In this document: positions 1 through 9,671 of the stretch, piece after piece
Layout: each line of letters opens with the position of its first letter
How positions within the stretch are numbered: the stretch's first letter is position 1
Source: Eubacteriales bacterium
GTDB taxonomy: Bacteria; Bacillota; Clostridia; Oscillospirales; CAG-272
DNA: 64,000 nt
Reading direction: 5' to 3'
Assembly (NCBI GenBank): GCA_051867975.1
Contig: JBJDZM010000079.1
Span: 44,122 to 108,121 of the forward strand
Position numbers and translations under genes: made by a program
The notes under the pieces: model-generated
What the model was told of the DNA's origin: nothing
Seen by the model: the letters and a program-made list of their open reading frames with translations, nothing else
Databases searched by the model: none

Positions 1-512
1 GATTTACTGACTGCCTTCTGCAAAACGGCGCGTCGGCGGTGTACGCGGTCGATTCGGGAAGAGACCAACTGCACCCGAAGCTGAGAGCGGACGTGAGAGT
101 AACAAATATAGAAGGATTTAATGCGCGTGAGATGTCAAGAGATATTTTCGGTGTTTTTGATATTGCCGTTATGGATGTCTCTTTCATCTCGCAAACGCTC
201 ATCCATCCTGCGCTTTCTTCGGTGCTTGCCGACGGCGCGATATATGTAAGCCTCATAAAACCGCAGTTTGAGTCGGGCAGAGGAGCGCTCGGGAAAAACG
301 GTATAGTCAAAAATCCAAAGGACAGAGAAAATGCCATTTTGCGCGTGCTTGAATCGGCATACATAAACGGATTTGAGGCAAAAGCACTGATCCGGTCTCC
401 GATCGAAGGCGGCGACGGTAACCGTGAATTTCTCGCCTGCTTTGTGAAAAAGGGCGAGTTGGCGCGAAAAAATAACATTGATGAGAATTATATCAAGAAG
501 ATTTCTCGATAA
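1..512 (+). CDS. tlyA: TlyA-family rRNA 2'-O-methyltransferase (C-terminal part; 5' end lies outside the window)
   Basis: The reading frame is open to the left edge. FtsJ-like motifs DVSFISQT, IKPQFE, GIVKNP and GNREFL are present. The tlyA-nadK-argR-recN order is conserved in Firmicutes. Confidence 0.8.
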   Translation, partial: FTDCLLQNGASAVYAVDSGRDQLHPKLRADVRVTNIEGFNAREMSRDIFGVFDIAVMDVSFISQTLIHPALSSVLADGAIYVSLIKPQFESGRGALGKNGIVKNPKDRENAILRVLESAYINGFEAKALIRSPIEGGDGNREFLACFVKKGELARKNNIDENYIKKISR

Positions 513-526
513 AGGAAGACAACATA

Positions 527-1414
527 ATGAACAGTCCCATAAAAAAGGTACTTATTATCACGAATTTTAATATATACGACAAGGCAAATGCCGCCATGCG
601 TGTCGCCGAGAAGCTGAAGGAACTCGGGTGTGAGATATGCACTCTGTTCTATAACAAGGACAGAATTTATAGGTATAACAGAAATAAGATTGCATTTACC
701 TATCTTTCAACCGATGATGCGTATAGCTCGGTTGACGCGGTGATCGTATTGGGAGGAGACGGCACGATACTTGAATCAGCCCGCCGCGCAGCCCCATACG
801 GAACCTGCATACTCGGACTTAACCTCGGGCATCTCGGATACATGGCGGAGCTTGAGCTTGGAGAGATAGACAAGCTTGAGAGCATCGTTTCGGGAGACTA
901 TAAGATCGAGACGCGTTCCATGCTCAATATTGAAATACTCACCACCGACGGCAAGGTAAGAAAGAATGAGTACGCGCTTAACGATGCCGTACTCTCTAAC
1001 GGTACGATATCACGCATAGTCGACACCGAGCTTTACGAGGGCGGAGTATTCATCGGAAATTACCGCTCCGATGGAATGATAATATCAACTCCGACAGGTT
1101 CTACGGCATATTCTTTAGCGGCAGGCGGAGCCATAGCAGACCCGAGAGTCAACTGCTTTTGCGTAACGCCGATATGCCCCCACTCGCTATACGCCAGACC
1201 GCTTATTTTCCCTGACAGCGCGAGCATTGAGATAGAAAACAACTGCACAAGGGAAAAAACGCTCTTTTTGACGGTTGACGGAAGAGTAAATTATGAGCTT
1301 TCGCTCGGAGAGAGAATAAGAGTGACGCGCTCACCTCTGTTTACAAGATTTGTCAGAATAAAAGACGACAGCTTTTACGACAGACTGAGGCAAAAAATGA
1401 ATGACTATAAATAA
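527..1414 (+). CDS. nadK: NAD kinase
   Basis: 295 aa. Contains the GGDGT motif (VIVLGGDGTILE) and TPTGSTAYSLAAGG. RBS AAGGAAG lies upstream. Confidence 0.9.
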   Translation: MNSPIKKVLIITNFNIYDKANAAMRVAEKLKELGCEICTLFYNKDRIYRYNRNKIAFTYLSTDDAYSSVDAVIVLGGDGTILESARRAAPYGTCILGLNLGHLGYMAELELGEIDKLESIVSGDYKIETRSMLNIEILTTDGKVRKNEYALNDAVLSNGTISRIVDTELYEGGVFIGNYRSDGMIISTPTGSTAYSLAAGGAIADPRVNCFCVTPICPHSLYARPLIFPDSASIEIENNCTREKTLFLTVDGRVNYELSLGERIRVTRSPLFTRFVRIKDDSFYDRLRQKMNDYK

Positions 1415-1426
1415 TCGGAGATAGAA

Positions 1427-1885
1427 ATGAAAAAGGGAAGACAGGAAAAGATTCTTGAACTGATAACAAAATATGAGATAGAGACTCAGGATGACCTTAT
1501 GGACATGCTGATGATTGAGGGATATAAGGTAACTCAGGCAACGGTATCGAGAGACATAAGAGACCTTGACCTTGTAAAAGTCGCAACCAAGGACGGCTCT
1601 TATAAGTACGTTGTTTCGCATCTGTCAAAAGGTATTTCCGGAGGCGTGAGCTTGCTTAGAAATCCGATAGTGAATACGGTAACCGATATCACTTGCGCTC
1701 AAAATATCATCGTCATAAAAACAACGCCCGGAATGGCTCAGGCGGTGGCGACATTCATTGACCACATGCCCGAATTAAAAATACTCGGGTGCGTTGCCGG
1801 AGACGACACGATAATCGTCGTAACGGCAGATAACGAAGCCGCCGACCGGACGGCTGAAAAGCTCAGAGGATTGATTATACATTAA
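1427..1885 (+). CDS. argR: Arginine repressor ArgR/AhrC
   Basis: 152 aa. N-terminal wHTH (VTQATVSRDIRDL) and C-terminal oligomerisation domain (GCVAGDDTIIVV). Confidence 0.9.
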   Translation: MKKGRQEKILELITKYEIETQDDLMDMLMIEGYKVTQATVSRDIRDLDLVKVATKDGSYKYVVSHLSKGISGGVSLLRNPIVNTVTDITCAQNIIVIKTTPGMAQAVATFIDHMPELKILGCVAGDDTIIVVTADNEAADRTAEKLRGLIIH

Positions 1886-1915
1886 GATACAAGACTTTGG
1901 AAAGGGGGCGTGTTT

Positions 1916-3589
1916 ATGCTCAAGAGTCTGCATATAGAGAATATAGCGGTCGTAAAAAATGCTGATATCGAGTTTTCGGGCGGGTTTACCGTGCTTACGG
2001 GTGAGACAGGTGCCGGAAAGTCGGTCATGATAGACAGTATAAATATGCTCACGGGTGCGAAGGTGGCAAGAGACGTTATTCGCACAGGCGAGAGCTACGC
2101 GCTCTCCGAGGCGGTTTTCGACGGCTTGTCGGATGCAGTGTGTGAAAAGCTTTCCGAACTTTTGATAGAGCCTGAAGACGGAGAGATAATCGTCAGTTGT
2201 AAGCTGGGTTCTGACGGAAAGACCGTCAACCGTATAAACGGCAGAAGCGTTACGCGCGCGTCTTTACGGGAAATCTCGAAAGTGCTGATATCAATTCACG
2301 GACAGAACGACAGCAAGGTCTTGTTCAATAAAAACGCATATTTTGACCTCGTTGACTCATACGGCGAGTGCTTTTCCGAGAGAGATACATACAGAGAGAT
2401 ATACCGCGCGCTTGAAGAGACAAAGCGTAAGCTCTCGGCTATCAGGTGCGACGAGGAAGAAAAGGCGAGAAGGAGAGATATGCTTGAATATCAAATCAAG
2501 GATATTGACTCCAAAAAGCTGAAGATGGGCGAGGAAGAAGCTCTTGAAGCCGAAAAACTCCGCCTTAAGAACATAGAAAAGATAAATAAGCACATAAATT
2601 TTGCAGACCGTGTGCTGTCAGGCGGTGAGCGCGGCGGTAACGTTTCTTATATGCTCTCCCGCGCCTCGGAATCGTTAGGGAAGATAGCCGACGTCGTGCC
2701 GAATGCCGCGCAACTTGCCGAAAAACTTATGGAGATGAGCTATGAGGTGTCCGACGTTGCGGACGAGGTGAAAAAACTGTCCGACATGGACTGTGAGGAT
2801 GCCGATGCGAGACTTGATAAGATAGAATCTCGGCTTGAAGTCATATCGTCACTTAAAAAGCGTTACGGAAAGGATATAAAGTCTATCCTGGCGTTCAGAG
2901 ATAAGGCGGTCTCTGAGCTTGATTCAATAGAGCGTTCGGACGAGGATGCCGAAAAATACACCTCTGAGATAAAATCGCTCCAAAAGTGCGCCTGCGATGC
3001 GGCAAAACTTTTGTCCGAAAAGAGAATTTCAGCCGCAAAGAGAGCATCCGAGAGCATTATGGACGTCCTTTCCTATCTTGACATGCCCAAGGTCAGATTT
3101 GAAATTGACGTTGCGCCGTCCGATGGGCTTAACTCGTACGGTGCCGATAAGATCGAGTTTGCCGTCGCTACAAACCCCGGTGAGCCGCTTATGCCCATGA
3201 GCGAGATAGCATCGGGCGGTGAGATGGCGAGAATAATGCTTGCAATCAAGAGCGTATTGAACGAAAAGGACGGAGTCACATGCTCGATATATGACGAGAT
3301 AGACACGGGAATTTCGGGAAAAACATCGCGCAAAATAGGTGTTAAATTACATTCAATAGCGCAGTCCTCACAGGTCATTTGCGTCACTCATTCCGCGCAG
3401 ATAGCAACGCTTGCCGATAATCATTTTCTGATATCAAAAAAGGAGATTGACGGCAGAGCGTATACGAGCATAAGGTCACTTTCGTATGAGGAAAGAGTCG
3501 AGGAAGCGGCAAGAATACTCGGCGGAATAAACATCACCGAGGCGCAAAGACAGGCGGCGCGCGACATGCTTGACAACAAATCGGAATAA
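1916..3589 (+). CDS. recN: DNA repair protein RecN
   Basis: Walker A GETGAGKS, a long coiled coil, the SGGEMARIMLA signature and Walker B IYDEIDTG. ATG 1916 is preferred over GTG 1910 because a GGGGG RBS lies 7 nt upstream. Confidence 0.95.
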   Translation: MLKSLHIENIAVVKNADIEFSGGFTVLTGETGAGKSVMIDSINMLTGAKVARDVIRTGESYALSEAVFDGLSDAVCEKLSELLIEPEDGEIIVSCKLGSDGKTVNRINGRSVTRASLREISKVLISIHGQNDSKVLFNKNAYFDLVDSYGECFSERDTYREIYRALEETKRKLSAIRCDEEEKARRRDMLEYQIKDIDSKKLKMGEEEALEAEKLRLKNIEKINKHINFADRVLSGGERGGNVSYMLSRASESLGKIADVVPNAAQLAEKLMEMSYEVSDVADEVKKLSDMDCEDADARLDKIESRLEVISSLKKRYGKDIKSILAFRDKAVSELDSIERSDEDAEKYTSEIKSLQKCACDAAKLLSEKRISAAKRASESIMDVLSYLDMPKVRFEIDVAPSDGLNSYGADKIEFAVATNPGEPLMPMSEIASGGEMARIMLAIKSVLNEKDGVTCSIYDEIDTGISGKTSRKIGVKLHSIAQSSQVICVTHSAQIATLADNHFLISKKEIDGRAYTSIRSLSYEERVEEAARILGGINITEAQRQAARDMLDNKSE

Positions 3590-3603
3590 TTTTAAATAAC
3601 GTA

Positions 3604-3632
3604 TTGAAAAATCGGTTCGTATATGGTATAAT
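3604..3632 (+). promoter_or_regulatory. sigma-A-type promoter of argS
   Basis: TTGAAA, 17 nt, TGgTATAAT. Confidence 0.65.
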
Positions 3633-3665
3633 ACGAGGTTGTAGATAAAGAAAGGTTAGTATAAA

Positions 3666-5402
3666 ATGCTTAAAATAAAGACACAAATAGCCGAAAAGAT
3701 ACTTGAGGGAGTGAAGAAGATCAATCCCGATGTCGAGATGAGCACGGCAGACATCGCAGGTATGCTGGAATATCCCCCCGACACCGGCATGGGAGACCTC
3801 GCGTTTCCTTGCTTTAAACTTTCAAAGGCACTGCGCCGCTCGCCCGTGCAGATTGCGGCAACCATCGCCGAGGGGCTTGTGTGCGAGGCTGTCGGCTCCG
3901 CAGAGGCTGTAAACGGCTATCTCAACATAAAAATTTCGAATGAATATCTCGGAAAAAACGTGCTTCCCGAAATACTTGACAAAAAGGAAAACTACGGCGC
4001 GCCCGACCTCGGTAAAGGCAAGACGGTCGTTCTTGACTATTCTTCGCCTAACGTCGCAAAGCCCTTTCACATAGGACATCTCGGCACGACGGTCATCGGT
4101 CACTCTTTGAAAAAACTGCACGAGTTTGCAGGCTACAATTGCATCGGAATCAACTATCTCGGTGATTGGGGAACGCAGTTCGGTAAGCTCATAGTGGCAT
4201 ACAAGCTTTGGGGCAATAAGGAGCAGATAGAAGAGGGCGGAATAGACAAGCTCGTTGAGCTTTACGTCCGTATCAACAACGAGATAAAGGGCGACGAGGA
4301 AAAGGGAATCGCTCCTCGTGCTGACCTTGCAGACCGGTCCAGAGAAGAATTCCATAAGATGGAGATAGGAGACGAGGAGAATATCGCTCTTTGGAAGTGG
4401 TTTGTTGAAATAAGCCTTGCGGAGTATCAGAAAACATACAAGCAGCTCGGAATTGAATTCGACAGCTACAAGGGCGAGAGCTTCTACACCGACAAGATGC
4501 CCGCACAGGTTGAAAAGCTCAGAGAGTGCGGTCTCCTTAAACTTGATGACGGTGCATCGATAGTTGATCTTGAGGAATACGGGATGCCCCCGTGCCTCAT
4601 TCTCAAACGCGACGGCTCAACGCTTTACCCAACGCGCGATATTGCGGCGGCGGTTTACAGAAAAGAGCATTATAATTTTGATAAGTGTATATACGTAACC
4701 AGCACCCAGCAGATACTTCACTTCAAGCAGTGGTTCAAGGTAGTTGAGCTTATGGGATATGATTGGTACGACCAACTTGTGCATATACCGTACGGCACGG
4801 TTTCCCTAAACGGCGCAAAGCTTGCGACAAGAACCGGCAATGTCGTCCTTCTCAAAGACCTTTTCGCACAGGCGATTGAGAAGGTAAAGGGAATTATGGA
4901 AGAAAAAAATCCCGACCTTCAAGGAAAAGACGATATCGCGGAGGCGGTCGGTGTCGGTGCGGTGGTCTTCTACTACCTCACGAATAACCGCATAAAGGAC
5001 ATAAATTTCAACCTTGAGGACGCTTTGAGCTTTGACGGGAATACGGGACCGTACGTTCAGTATACCTACGCGCGCACCTGCTCGGTGCTTGAAAAGGTTA
5101 AGGACGAAAGATTTAGCGATGAGCTTGTCATCACGACCGACGAGGAAGCGGCGCTTGTTAAGGCGATGGCGCAGTATGAGGAGAGAGTTTTGAGCGCAAT
5201 ACGCGATTATGAGCCTTCGGTCATCACGAGATTTATTCTCGATGTTGCGGTTGCTTTCAACAAGTTCTACCATGAGTGCCGCATCGTAAACGAGGCGGAC
5301 GAGAAGGTAAGACAGACGAGAATTAGACTCACAGAGGCAACAAGATACGTCCTCGGCAGTGCGTTCTCGCTTATCTGCTTAAAGAAAACAGAGCGAATAT
5401 AA
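3666..5402 (+). CDS. argS: Arginine--tRNA ligase
   Basis: 578 aa. Class I HIGH motif (PFHIGHLG) and a DALR-type anticodon-binding C-terminus. Confidence 0.95.
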   Translation: MLKIKTQIAEKILEGVKKINPDVEMSTADIAGMLEYPPDTGMGDLAFPCFKLSKALRRSPVQIAATIAEGLVCEAVGSAEAVNGYLNIKISNEYLGKNVLPEILDKKENYGAPDLGKGKTVVLDYSSPNVAKPFHIGHLGTTVIGHSLKKLHEFAGYNCIGINYLGDWGTQFGKLIVAYKLWGNKEQIEEGGIDKLVELYVRINNEIKGDEEKGIAPRADLADRSREEFHKMEIGDEENIALWKWFVEISLAEYQKTYKQLGIEFDSYKGESFYTDKMPAQVEKLRECGLLKLDDGASIVDLEEYGMPPCLILKRDGSTLYPTRDIAAAVYRKEHYNFDKCIYVTSTQQILHFKQWFKVVELMGYDWYDQLVHIPYGTVSLNGAKLATRTGNVVLLKDLFAQAIEKVKGIMEEKNPDLQGKDDIAEAVGVGAVVFYYLTNNRIKDINFNLEDALSFDGNTGPYVQYTYARTCSVLEKVKDERFSDELVITTDEEAALVKAMAQYEERVLSAIRDYEPSVITRFILDVAVAFNKFYHECRIVNEADEKVRQTRIRLTEATRYVLGSAFSLICLKKTERI

Positions 5403-5441
5403 TTCGAAACATAGGTTAATAATTGAAAGGAATATATAAGT

Positions 5442-6176
5442 ATGTCAGGACACAGTAAATGGGCTAATATCAAGCACAAAAAGGAAAAGACCGACGCGGC
5501 TCGCGCAAAGGTGTTTACAAGAATAGGCAAAGAGATAACGGTTGCAGTTAAAGAGGGCGGCGGAGACCCTACATCGAACTCCAAGCTCCGTGACCTTATA
5601 CAGAAGGCTAAGGCAAATAACGTGCCGAACGATAACATCGAGAGAACGATAAAGAAGGCGCTGGGCGGAGCAGGCGAGTCCTTTGAAGAGGTTGTTTACG
5701 AAGGGTATGGACCTGCCGGAATCGCTGTCATCGTTGAGGCGGCAACCGACAACAGAAACAGAACCGCAGGCAATGTCCGCTCGTATTTCTCAAAATATCA
5801 CGGAAACATGGGCCAGACCGGTTGTGTCGGCTTTATGTTTGAGGATAAGGGCGTTATCGTCATTATGGACGAGGACGGCGAGATAGACGAAGACAAGCTC
5901 ATGGAGACCGCTCTTGAAGCAGGTGCGGAGGATTTCTCGGGTGAGGACGGCGTATTTGAAATATATACCACTACCGACGATGTCTACGCTATCGCGGATA
6001 CGCTTAAGCAAGCAGGATATTCCCTTGAATCCGCGGAGACGACAAAGGTTCCAACAACATACGTCACCCTTGACAACGAGGACGACATCAAATTCATGAG
6101 TCTTCTTATCGAAAAGCTCGAAGAGGACGACGACGTTCTTGAAGTCTACCACAATTGGGAGAATTGCGAACAGTAA
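5442..6176 (+). CDS. yebC: YebC/PmpR family DNA-binding transcriptional/translational regulator
   Basis: The N-terminus MSGHSKWANIKHKK is diagnostic of the YebC/TACO1 family. 244 aa. Confidence 0.9.
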   Translation: MSGHSKWANIKHKKEKTDAARAKVFTRIGKEITVAVKEGGGDPTSNSKLRDLIQKAKANNVPNDNIERTIKKALGGAGESFEEVVYEGYGPAGIAVIVEAATDNRNRTAGNVRSYFSKYHGNMGQTGCVGFMFEDKGVIVIMDEDGEIDEDKLMETALEAGAEDFSGEDGVFEIYTTTDDVYAIADTLKQAGYSLESAETTKVPTTYVTLDNEDDIKFMSLLIEKLEEDDDVLEVYHNWENCEQ

Positions 6177-6190
6177 TCAGGGATGCGTTT

Positions 6191-6254
6191 AGGGGAACTT
6201 TTTTCAAAAAGTTCCCCTAAAACCCCTCAAAAACTTTCAAAAAGGTTTTTGAGG
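6191..6254. repeat. Structured intergenic repeat element, compact copy (also the likely yebC terminator region)
   Basis: Hairpin AGGGGAACTTTTT-TC-AAAAAGTTCCCCT is followed by CCCCTCAAAAACTTTCAAAAAGG, which forms CCTCAAAAAC/GTTTTTGAGG. Confidence 0.5.
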
Positions 6255-6360
6255 AATAATAAAATGTTTTGAAGATTCATAAGAAATTTTGAGGAAGTAT
6301 CTCAGGTCGGTCTCGGGCGGCGACCGAGTGGGGTATGGGGCAACGCCCCGAATTTGAGGC

Positions 6361-7806
6361 ATGAAGCAGAATAAATATACAAGGTTATTTTCAAATACTT
6401 TAATATTTACGGTCGGTAAGTTTGTTTCCAAGCTTATCGTTATTTTCATGCTTCCGTTTTACACCTCCTATTTGACGAGCGCGGAATACAGCACGGCGGA
6501 TCTTATCACAAATCTTTGCAATCTGCTAATTCCAATGGCGTGTCTCGGCGTCAGCGAGGGAATATTCCGCGGTGCGGCGTCAAAAAACGTGGACAAGGAG
6601 TCCTTCTTCACGAACGGCGCGCTGCTTATGATTATTGGAAGTGCTTTTTTTCTTGCGCTTTCTCCGATCCTCAATCTTTTTGATTACTTCAACGAATATA
6701 TTTGGCTGATAATTCTGTATGTTCTGGCATCGAATATACACTCGGTCTGCTCACAGTACGTCTGTGCAATAGGCAGAACAAAGCTGTTTGCAGGACAGGG
6801 AGTGCTTAATACGATGCTGACCGTGCTGCTCAATATTTTGTTCCTTGTCGGATTTGATATGGGCATTAACGGATACGTTCTGTCTATCGTGCTTGCAGAT
6901 TTTCTGTCGACTGTATTTTTGGTATTTGTCGCGAAGCTTTACCGCGCGTTTATTCCGAAAAAGATAGATAAGCAGGTTTTAAAAGAGCTTTTGCGATTCT
7001 GCCTTCCTCTTATTCCGTCAACGGTTTTCTGGTGGATAACAGGCGTTTCGGACAGATATATGGTAGCATATTTCTGCTCGGACGAGATAAACGGTCTTTA
7101 TGCCGCGGCGTATAAGGTGCCGACGCTTCTGACATACGTCGTCATCATTTTCAACGATGCGTGGAAGCTTTCTGCAGTCTCGGAGTCCGACAACAGAGAA
7201 GAATGTGTAAAATTCTATTCGGGTGTATTCAAGTATTACATTGCAGTCATGTTTTCGGGCGGAGCGATACTTGCGGTCGGGGCGCAGGTTTTCTCAAAGA
7301 TACTTTTTGCCGAGAGCTATTTTTCGGCGTGGATATATATCCCGATACTGTCTGCCGCAACTGTCTTTACAGCACTTGATACCTTCCTCGGAAGTGCATA
7401 TTTTACCGTTAAAAGGACGGGAATGTCATTTTGGACGTCATTTATCGGTGCGGCGCTTAACGTCGCCCTAAACATTATTTTGATACCGAGTGACAGTGCC
7501 ATAGGCGGCGCAGTCGGTGCATCGATCGCTACCTTGATAAGCTATTTTGCGGTCTTTGTCATACGCGCCGTGACGATGCACAAATTCATTCCGTTTAGGA
7601 TGTACCCCGTAAGACTTATTATCAACACGCTCATGATAACCGCTATCGCTGTGATCATGACGGCGTGGGGAAGTGATATAAAAGGCATTTTGACGGCGTG
7701 TGCCGTGCTTCTCATAAGCATTGTATTCAATGGAAGAGATATTTTCCTCGGTTGTAAGGATGTTCTTATGTCACTGAAAAAGAAAAAGGGAACATCGGGA
7801 GAATAA
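6361..7806 (+). CDS. MOP-superfamily polysaccharide/lipid-linked oligosaccharide flippase (Wzx/SpoVB/MurJ-like)
   Basis: 481 aa and hydrophobic throughout (about 12-14 TM helices). The N-terminus LFSNTLIFTVGKFVSKLI is typical of polysaccharide biosynthesis proteins. The RBS is weak. Confidence 0.7.
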   Translation: MKQNKYTRLFSNTLIFTVGKFVSKLIVIFMLPFYTSYLTSAEYSTADLITNLCNLLIPMACLGVSEGIFRGAASKNVDKESFFTNGALLMIIGSAFFLALSPILNLFDYFNEYIWLIILYVLASNIHSVCSQYVCAIGRTKLFAGQGVLNTMLTVLLNILFLVGFDMGINGYVLSIVLADFLSTVFLVFVAKLYRAFIPKKIDKQVLKELLRFCLPLIPSTVFWWITGVSDRYMVAYFCSDEINGLYAAAYKVPTLLTYVVIIFNDAWKLSAVSESDNREECVKFYSGVFKYYIAVMFSGGAILAVGAQVFSKILFAESYFSAWIYIPILSAATVFTALDTFLGSAYFTVKRTGMSFWTSFIGAALNVALNIILIPSDSAIGGAVGASIATLISYFAVFVIRAVTMHKFIPFRMYPVRLIINTLMITAIAVIMTAWGSDIKGILTACAVLLISIVFNGRDIFLGCKDVLMSLKKKKGTSGE

Positions 7807-7841
7807 TTTACAGTTAGTTCATATTTATTTTTGGATTTGAC

Positions 7842-7870
7842 TTGCAAAAAGAGAATATTTATGGTATAAT
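7842..7870 (+). promoter_or_regulatory. sigma-A-type promoter of rplS
   Basis: TTGCAA, 17 nt, TGgTATAAT. Confidence 0.65.
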
Positions 7871-7959
7871 CATTTCCGCGTGTGAAAAACACATTATTTT
7901 AAGGGTGGTCCGCTGCAATGCTCGCATGAACATCCGGATTTTTAAGGAGGGCTTTTAAG

Positions 7960-8307
7960 ATGGATCTTATTAAGGCTTTTACAAACGAGCAACTCAAAAC
8001 AGAGGTACCCCAGTTCAACATCGGTGACACCGTTCGTGTTCACAACAAGATCGTAGAGGGTACAAGAGAAAGAATTCAGATGTATGAGGGTACTGTTATC
8101 GCAAAGCACGAGGGCGGCATCTCTTCTACTTTCACAGTTAGAAGAATCGCTTACGGTTGCGGTGTTGAAAAGACATTCCCCGTCCACTCTCCCAACGTAG
8201 TAGCAGTCGACGTTATCCGCAAGGGTAAGGTTCGCCGCGCTAAGCTCTACTACCTCCGCGGAAGAGTCGGTAAGGCTTCTAAGGTTAAAGAAGATCTCGC
8301 AAAGTAA
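7960..8307 (+). CDS. rplS: 50S ribosomal protein L19
   Basis: 115 aa with [27 protein letters not shown]. Strong AAGGAGG RBS. Confidence 0.97.
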   Translation: MDLIKAFTNEQLKTEVPQFNIGDTVRVHNKIVEGTRERIQMYEGTVIAKHEGGISSTFTVRRIAYGCGVEKTFPVHSPNVVAVDVIRKGKVRRAKLYYLRGRVGKASKVKEDLAK

Positions 8308-8326
8308 TAATTCTTTGTCTGTAATA

Positions 8327-8366
8327 CAGAGGAGTCCGAACAAAATCGGACTCCTCTGTGTTTTAT
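8327..8366. terminator. Bidirectional intrinsic terminator (rplS / ROK-like gene)
   Basis: 13-bp perfect stem CAGAGGAGTCCGA/TCGGACTCCTCTG with a 6-nt loop, followed by TGTTTTAT. Confidence 0.8.
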
Positions 8367-8385
8367 CGTTGATATATGAGTGGTT

Positions 8386-9414
8386 TTATGTGTTATTCGG
8401 AAGAACGTATCGCTTGATGACAGAGAACAGCGTCTTACGAGACGCGCCAACGAGGCGGAGAGGGCGCGAATTGTCTTTGAAGGAAACTGTCGGTGTGTTA
8501 AGTCCCGAGAGGGCGAACTTTCGCCAAAGAAGTTCTGCGGTGGTGTCGTCGGGTGAGAGGATATCGGACTCAAGAATGATGTGTGAAGGCGAGAAAGCGC
8601 AACCCATAAAATGAGCAAGCTGAACGAAGATGGCATCCGATACGTTTTTCTCCGTGAGCATATGATCTGTGAACAGTTTTCCTGCTATATCCGGAAACAA
8701 CGATTCGGGAGAACAGACGGTCACCGAGCCGTCCCCGTGAATATGAAACGCCGAGATATGCCTTCCTATAAATATGTATGAAAGCCCGCAAGGGTCTATT
8801 GTGTTTCCATAAGCTTTGAATTTGAGCGAATTCAAAATGGCATCCGAGACCGTCATATGAGATGCGGGATATTTCCCAAACTCGGAATGAACGAGGTTCG
8901 CGATATGTTCTTCAGATGAGATGTTCGGTAAAAATCCGTACACCGACATTCCGGGGCGGGACACGGGAATATCCGCATAGATGACCGAAATTGCGCAAAA
9001 GCTGTATCCTGATTTTTTCACATTCATTGAGTGGCGCGAGAAGAAAACATTGAGGTTGTCCGCGTGAGATATTTCGGTGTCGTATTCATATTCGGTATGA
9101 AATTTTATATCTCCGTACGGACTGACGATGCTCATTTTAAACGCCGACGATGACAGGTCGATGACCAGCACTCGAACCCCCTCGTTACAGAACAGATGAA
9201 AGCATGGTCTTTTTCCGTCAGATGAATATTGTCTTTCGCACATAAATCCACTCTCGATTAAGGCGCGAGCCGCCTTCCCGGCTGTCATTTCGCTGACAGA
9301 GCAAGACTCAGCGACAGAGGCGCGCGTCGGCGCGTATCCGGATAAATATGAGAATATCAGTTTATCAAGTGTTTCCGCTTTTAAATCAAGACCGATCCTT
9401 TTGAATTTTGGCAT
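8386..9414 (-). CDS. Putative regulator: N-terminal winged HTH fused to a degenerate ROK/ASKHA-like domain
   Basis: 342 aa from ATG 9414, with a GGTGA RBS 5 nt upstream. The wHTH segment is ASVAESCSVSEMTAGKAARALIESG. The position of the ROK DxGxT phosphate loop reads VIDLSSSAFK (no glycines), and there is no CxCGxxGC zinc motif. Confidence 0.4.
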   Translation of the reverse strand: MPKFKRIGLDLKAETLDKLIFSYLSGYAPTRASVAESCSVSEMTAGKAARALIESGFMCERQYSSDGKRPCFHLFCNEGVRVLVIDLSSSAFKMSIVSPYGDIKFHTEYEYDTEISHADNLNVFFSRHSMNVKKSGYSFCAISVIYADIPVSRPGMSVYGFLPNISSEEHIANLVHSEFGKYPASHMTVSDAILNSLKFKAYGNTIDPCGLSYIFIGRHISAFHIHGDGSVTVCSPESLFPDIAGKLFTDHMLTEKNVSDAIFVQLAHFMGCAFSPSHIILESDILSPDDTTAELLWRKFALSGLNTPTVSFKDNSRPLRLVGASRKTLFSVIKRYVLPNNT

Positions 9415-9448
9415 ACATGTCACCGTTTTGCATTTATTTTACCTAATG

Positions 9449-9477
9449 ATTATAGGGCAAAAATGTTATTATGTCAA
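9449..9477 (-). promoter_or_regulatory. sigma-A-type promoter of the wHTH/ROK-like gene
   Basis: Minus strand: TTGACA, 17 nt, TATAAT. Confidence 0.65.
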
Positions 9478-9555
9478 TAGGGGAGTATAAATTAAGAAGC
9501 ACAAGCGGAGTTCACAAAAAATTAACATAATATCTGAAATACTTGAGAAAAACTC

Positions 9556-9584
9556 TTGACAAACAACTCTTGTAATGGTATAAT
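9556..9584 (+). promoter_or_regulatory. sigma-A-type promoter of rplU-prp-rpmA
   Basis: TTGACA, 17 nt, TGgTATAAT. Confidence 0.75.
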
Positions 9585-9589
9585 ATTTC

Positions 9590-9671
9590 TCGCCGCGTAG
9601 AAATGGCTTTTTTAAGTGTGCCGAGAGGCAGCGCCATAATAGCGAGACTTAATGAAAGAGAGGTGCTTTTC
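9590..9671 (+). promoter_or_regulatory. Candidate ribosomal-protein L21 operon leader RNA
   Basis: An ~80-nt 5' UTR follows the promoter at 9556-9584. Nested helices are UCGC(9590-93)/GCGA(9642-45), AUGGC(9603-07)/GCCAU(9633-37) and UGCC-GAGA-GGCA (9619-9630). An L21 leader is known upstream of rplU in Firmicutes, but I cannot verify the match. Confidence 0.4.

Noticed and set aside
3590-3665. Possible T-box leader upstream of argS.
   Set aside because: Only 76 nt separate recN and argS, and they are fully accounted for by a promoter and RBS. There is no specifier stem or T-box sequence.
3822-4355. Long antisense ORFs opposite well-supported genes. Examples are 3822-4355, 4806-5273, 13108-13590, 13515-14030, 14617-15300, 32172-32711, 43981-44628, 51930-52667, 55560-56195 and 60585-61133.
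   Set aside because: They lie entirely inside strongly supported genes on the other strand. They have no RBS or promoter and have odd, low-complexity compositions. These are typical shadow ORFs.
7878-7959. L19 leader RNA upstream of rplS.
   Set aside because: An ~80-nt UTR exists, but I could find only short, weak hairpins and cannot recall the consensus well enough to support a call.
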